Positions 16,213-19,115 of a DNA stretch of 19,115 bases are shown here, in pieces. The notes under the pieces were generated by a model. That model searched no databases, was not told where the DNA came from, and saw only the letters and a list, made by a program, of their open reading frames with translations. The DNA comes from a bacterium (GTDB lineage: Bacteria; SZUA-182; DTGQ01; JAFGSM01). Within the stretch, counting starts at the first letter, position 1; each line of letters begins with the position of its first letter. Where the stretch lies: assembly GCA_049472335.1 (NCBI GenBank), contig JBLIRO010000087.1, forward strand, positions 1 to 19,115. The letters are read 5' to 3'. The position numbers and the translations under genes are program-made.

Positions 16213-18630
16213 ATGATAAAAGAGCTAATCCCTGAAAATTTACGCAAGATCTGCGATCCCAAGACCTTGGGTTGTGATACCAGTAAGGACATGAAAAAAC
16301 TGGAGGCCATTATAGGCCAGGAAAGGGCGCTTAAATCATTACAATTTGGCCTCGGTATAAAAGGAAACGGATTTAATATTTTCGTTTCAGGACGGCCGGG
16401 CACGGGCAGAACCACAGCAATAAAGAATTTTTTAGAAGAAAAGGCCAAAAGTATGCCTGTTCCCATCGATTGGTGCTACATAAATAATTTTCATAATCCC
16501 TATCATCCGAGGGCCCTATCGCTTCCTTCCGGCAGGGGGAGGGAGCTTCAATCGGACATGAAAAAGCTTATTGAAAGCGCTCGAACTGAGATCCACAGGG
16601 CATTCGAAAGTGAAGAATATGCCGCAAAAAAAGAACAGACAACCAAATCCCTGCAACAAGAAAAAAACAGGCTTTTTACTAAAATCAATGAAAAGGCCCA
16701 AAAGGAGGATTTTACTATACAATCGAGTTCCATAGGATTGCTCACTATCCCCGTAAAGGATGGAAAGCCTCTTAGCGAGGAGGAATTCAATGCCTTAAAG
16801 CCAAAAGAAAAAGAGAAAATTGCAAAAAAGCGTGAGGAGATTCAGGCCAAGCTAAAAGATACTGTAAGACAGGCAAAGAATCTGGACAAAAAGATCATTA
16901 AGGAGATTCAAAAACTGGATCAGGAGGTCGCCCTGTATGTGATAGGCCATTTGATAGAAGATCTGAAGGAAAAATATAGAGACCTTCCTGATATTATTTC
17001 CTATCTCCATGATGTACAAGACGATATTTTAGAGAATCTATCCATATTCCGGTCCGGGACCAATGCGCAACATCCCTCCCTCATACCAATGGCTGCAGGA
17101 CTGGCTGAATTGGCCTTTAAAAAATACGAGGTGAACTTACTTATCGACAACTCATCACTTAAGGCGGCCCCGGTTATTATCGAGCTTAATCCAACCTATA
17201 ATAATCTGTTTGGCAGGATAGAGAAAGAGGCGCAATTCGGCACCCTGGTAACAGGTTTTACATTGATAAGAGAGGGATCCCTGCACAGGGCGAATGGCGG
17301 GTATATGGTTATCCCGGCAATGGAGCTATTGCGTAATATCTTTTCATGGGATGGTTTAAAGCGTGCACTGAGAAATAAGGAGATTACCATAGAAGAGGCC
17401 GGAGAGAGATTAGGATTGATAACTACGAAAAGTCTCAGCCCTGAGCCTATCCCTCTGGATATCAAAGTAATTCTGGTTGGCCAGCCTATACTATATTATC
17501 TTCTATACAATTACGATGAGGATTTTGAAGAACTCTTCAAAGTAAAGGCGGATTTTGACACTCAAATGGAGCGAAACGAAAAAAATATCAAGGATTACGC
17601 GGCCTTTGTCTGCACAGTGTGTGAGATGGAAAAGCTGAGACATCTGGACAACACCGCGCTTGCAAAACTAGTGGAATATGGTTCCAGACTGGCCGGAGAT
17701 CAGGAGAAACTCTCCACCCACTTCGGAAAGATCTCCGATGTGATTAAGGAAGCCTGTTACTATGCAGCCCAGGAAGATACAAAATATGTAAAAGACTCTC
17801 ATATTAGTAAGGCCATAGATGAAAAGCTTTATAGATCCAATCTTCTTCAGGAAAAGATCAGAGAGATGATTGAACGCAGCACTATACAGGTGAATCTTGA
17901 CGGGGAGAAGGTTGGCCAGGTAAATGGCTTATCAGTTATCAATTTAGGAGACATAACCTTCGGAAGACCAAGCAAAATCAGTGTGAGCATAGGCTTGGGA
18001 AAAAGCGGATTAATCGATATCGAAAGGGAGGCGAAACTTGGGGGTCCCATCCACTCGAAAGGCGTAATGATACTCTCAGGATATCTGACTGAAAAATATG
18101 CCCGGGATAAACCTCTCAGTCTCACAGCCCGTCTGGTCTTTGAACAAAGCTATTCGGAAGTGGAAGGGGATAGCGCGTCGAGCGCGGAGCTTTATGCCCT
18201 GCTTTCCGCTCTGTCCGGGAAACCCCTTAAACAGGGAATTGCCGTAACGGGCTCGGTTAATCAGAACGGAGGAATTCAGGCCATTGGCGGTGTGAACGAG
18301 AAGATCGAAGGGTTCTTTGAAATATGCAAGGCAAAGGGATTAACAGGAAGACAGGGTGTCGTTATTCCCGAGAGTAATGTTAAAAATCTCATGTTGAATG
18401 AAGAGGTCGTAGAGGCAGTCAGAAAAGGGGAATTTTACATCTGGTCAGTAAAAAGCATCGATGAGGGGATTGAAATCCTGACAGGGATAAAGGCCGGCCA
18501 AAAGACCGAGGAAGGAAGATTTGAGGAAGGCAGCATCAATTATCATGTGGACAAATGCTTAAGGGAATCGGCCGAGAAGATGAAAGGGTTCGCGATGCCG
18601 GGGCAGACTCCCCAAAAAATTAATGCGTAA
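16213..18630 (+). CDS. Lon-like protease (peptidase S16, LonC/AAA_32 type)
   Basis: IIGQERAL, Walker A-like GRPGTGRT, GSLHRANGG, FKVKADFD, Ser-Lys dyad motifs EGDSAS and GGVNEKIEGF. AAGGAG RBS. Confidence 0.93.
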   Translation: MIKELIPENLRKICDPKTLGCDTSKDMKKLEAIIGQERALKSLQFGLGIKGNGFNIFVSGRPGTGRTTAIKNFLEEKAKSMPVPIDWCYINNFHNPYHPRALSLPSGRGRELQSDMKKLIESARTEIHRAFESEEYAAKKEQTTKSLQQEKNRLFTKINEKAQKEDFTIQSSSIGLLTIPVKDGKPLSEEEFNALKPKEKEKIAKKREEIQAKLKDTVRQAKNLDKKIIKEIQKLDQEVALYVIGHLIEDLKEKYRDLPDIISYLHDVQDDILENLSIFRSGTNAQHPSLIPMAAGLAELAFKKYEVNLLIDNSSLKAAPVIIELNPTYNNLFGRIEKEAQFGTLVTGFTLIREGSLHRANGGYMVIPAMELLRNIFSWDGLKRALRNKEITIEEAGERLGLITTKSLSPEPIPLDIKVILVGQPILYYLLYNYDEDFEELFKVKADFDTQMERNEKNIKDYAAFVCTVCEMEKLRHLDNTALAKLVEYGSRLAGDQEKLSTHFGKISDVIKEACYYAAQEDTKYVKDSHISKAIDEKLYRSNLLQEKIREMIERSTIQVNLDGEKVGQVNGLSVINLGDITFGRPSKISVSIGLGKSGLIDIEREAKLGGPIHSKGVMILSGYLTEKYARDKPLSLTARLVFEQSYSEVEGDSASSAELYALLSALSGKPLKQGIAVTGSVNQNGGIQAIGGVNEKIEGFFEICKAKGLTGRQGVVIPESNVKNLMLNEEVVEAVRKGEFYIWSVKSIDEGIEILTGIKAGQKTEEGRFEEGSINYHVDKCLRESAEKMKGFAMPGQTPQKINA

Positions 18631-18652
18631 TTTGCATAAATATATACAAAAA

Positions 18653-18681
18653 TTGACATAATCTTATTTTAAAGGTATACT
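18653..18681 (+). promoter_or_regulatory. Sigma70-type promoter
   Basis: TTGACA (18653-18658), 17-nt spacer, TATACT (18676-18681). Confidence 0.65.
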
Positions 18682-19039
18682 TATATTTAGATAATTTTCA
18701 AATCAATCAGAATATACTAATCCGGTTCTTCGTTTAAGACAATATAATTCTTCTGAATCCTGTATTAAAGCATATAAGAAAATTTTTAAATCCCATCTAT
18801 CTCAAAAACAAAGAATTATGGATTAAAGTACATCTATCAATAAATAGCTATATCGCAAACAAAGCTTATTTACATCCGTAAAGCTAAGGAAGGTGATGAG
18901 GATCAGCTCTTTAAAGGACATAGAAGGGGGGTGATCTTCCGGAAAATTTACCTCCATAATTTCCATTCATTTTAAACCTTAAACATACAGGATCAAACAT
19001 TAAGTTTGAAACAATCTATAAGGGGGAGGTTTGTTTATT

Positions 19040-19115
19040 ATGAGATTTAAAACCTTTTTATTTATGGTTATAGCAATATTGGCAGCCCTTATGTTGGTGA
19101 CAACCGCTATTCATT
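19040..19115 (+). CDS. N-terminus of an exported protein, runs off the window
   Basis: GGGGGAGGT RBS, then MRFKTFLFMVIAILAALMLVTTAIH..., a signal-peptide-like start. Confidence 0.75.
   Translation, partial: MRFKTFLFMVIAILAALMLVTTAIH

Noticed and set aside
16170..18125. Minus-strand ORFs within the Lon-like gene
   Set aside because: Antisense shadows.
18850..18945. c-di-GMP-I riboswitch (GCAAAC...GTAAAGC)
   Set aside because: The P2 stem with GNRA loop and the P3 pairing cannot be formed.

Overview
Bacterial chromosomal window, standard genetic code, moderately AT-rich. The left ~1.9 kb is an accessory region downstream of a minus-strand tRNA-Gly(CCC). It holds the 5' part of an IS with its transposase, a nucleotidyltransferase gene remnant, a REP-like palindrome, and a unit missed by the ORF track: a 28-aa peptide gene (MKAKTDVKAG...YYCWYG) with a perfect RBS, followed by ~280 nt of densely self-complementary RNA and an intrinsic terminator. 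The rest encodes a class A PBP (PBP1A), a membrane-fused spermidine-synthase-like protein, a TPR/TM2-like membrane protein, a small basic Rho-N-domain protein, MscS, a 1667-aa exported protein (two putative 7-bladed propellers plus five acidic repeats), an exported protein with 11 TxxTC...C repeats (22 Cys), a LonC-type protease and the start of another exported protein. The best novelty candidates are the peptide plus structured-RNA unit (with possible Sec readthrough) and the Cys-repeat protein. Family assignments come from motif recognition only; no searches were run.
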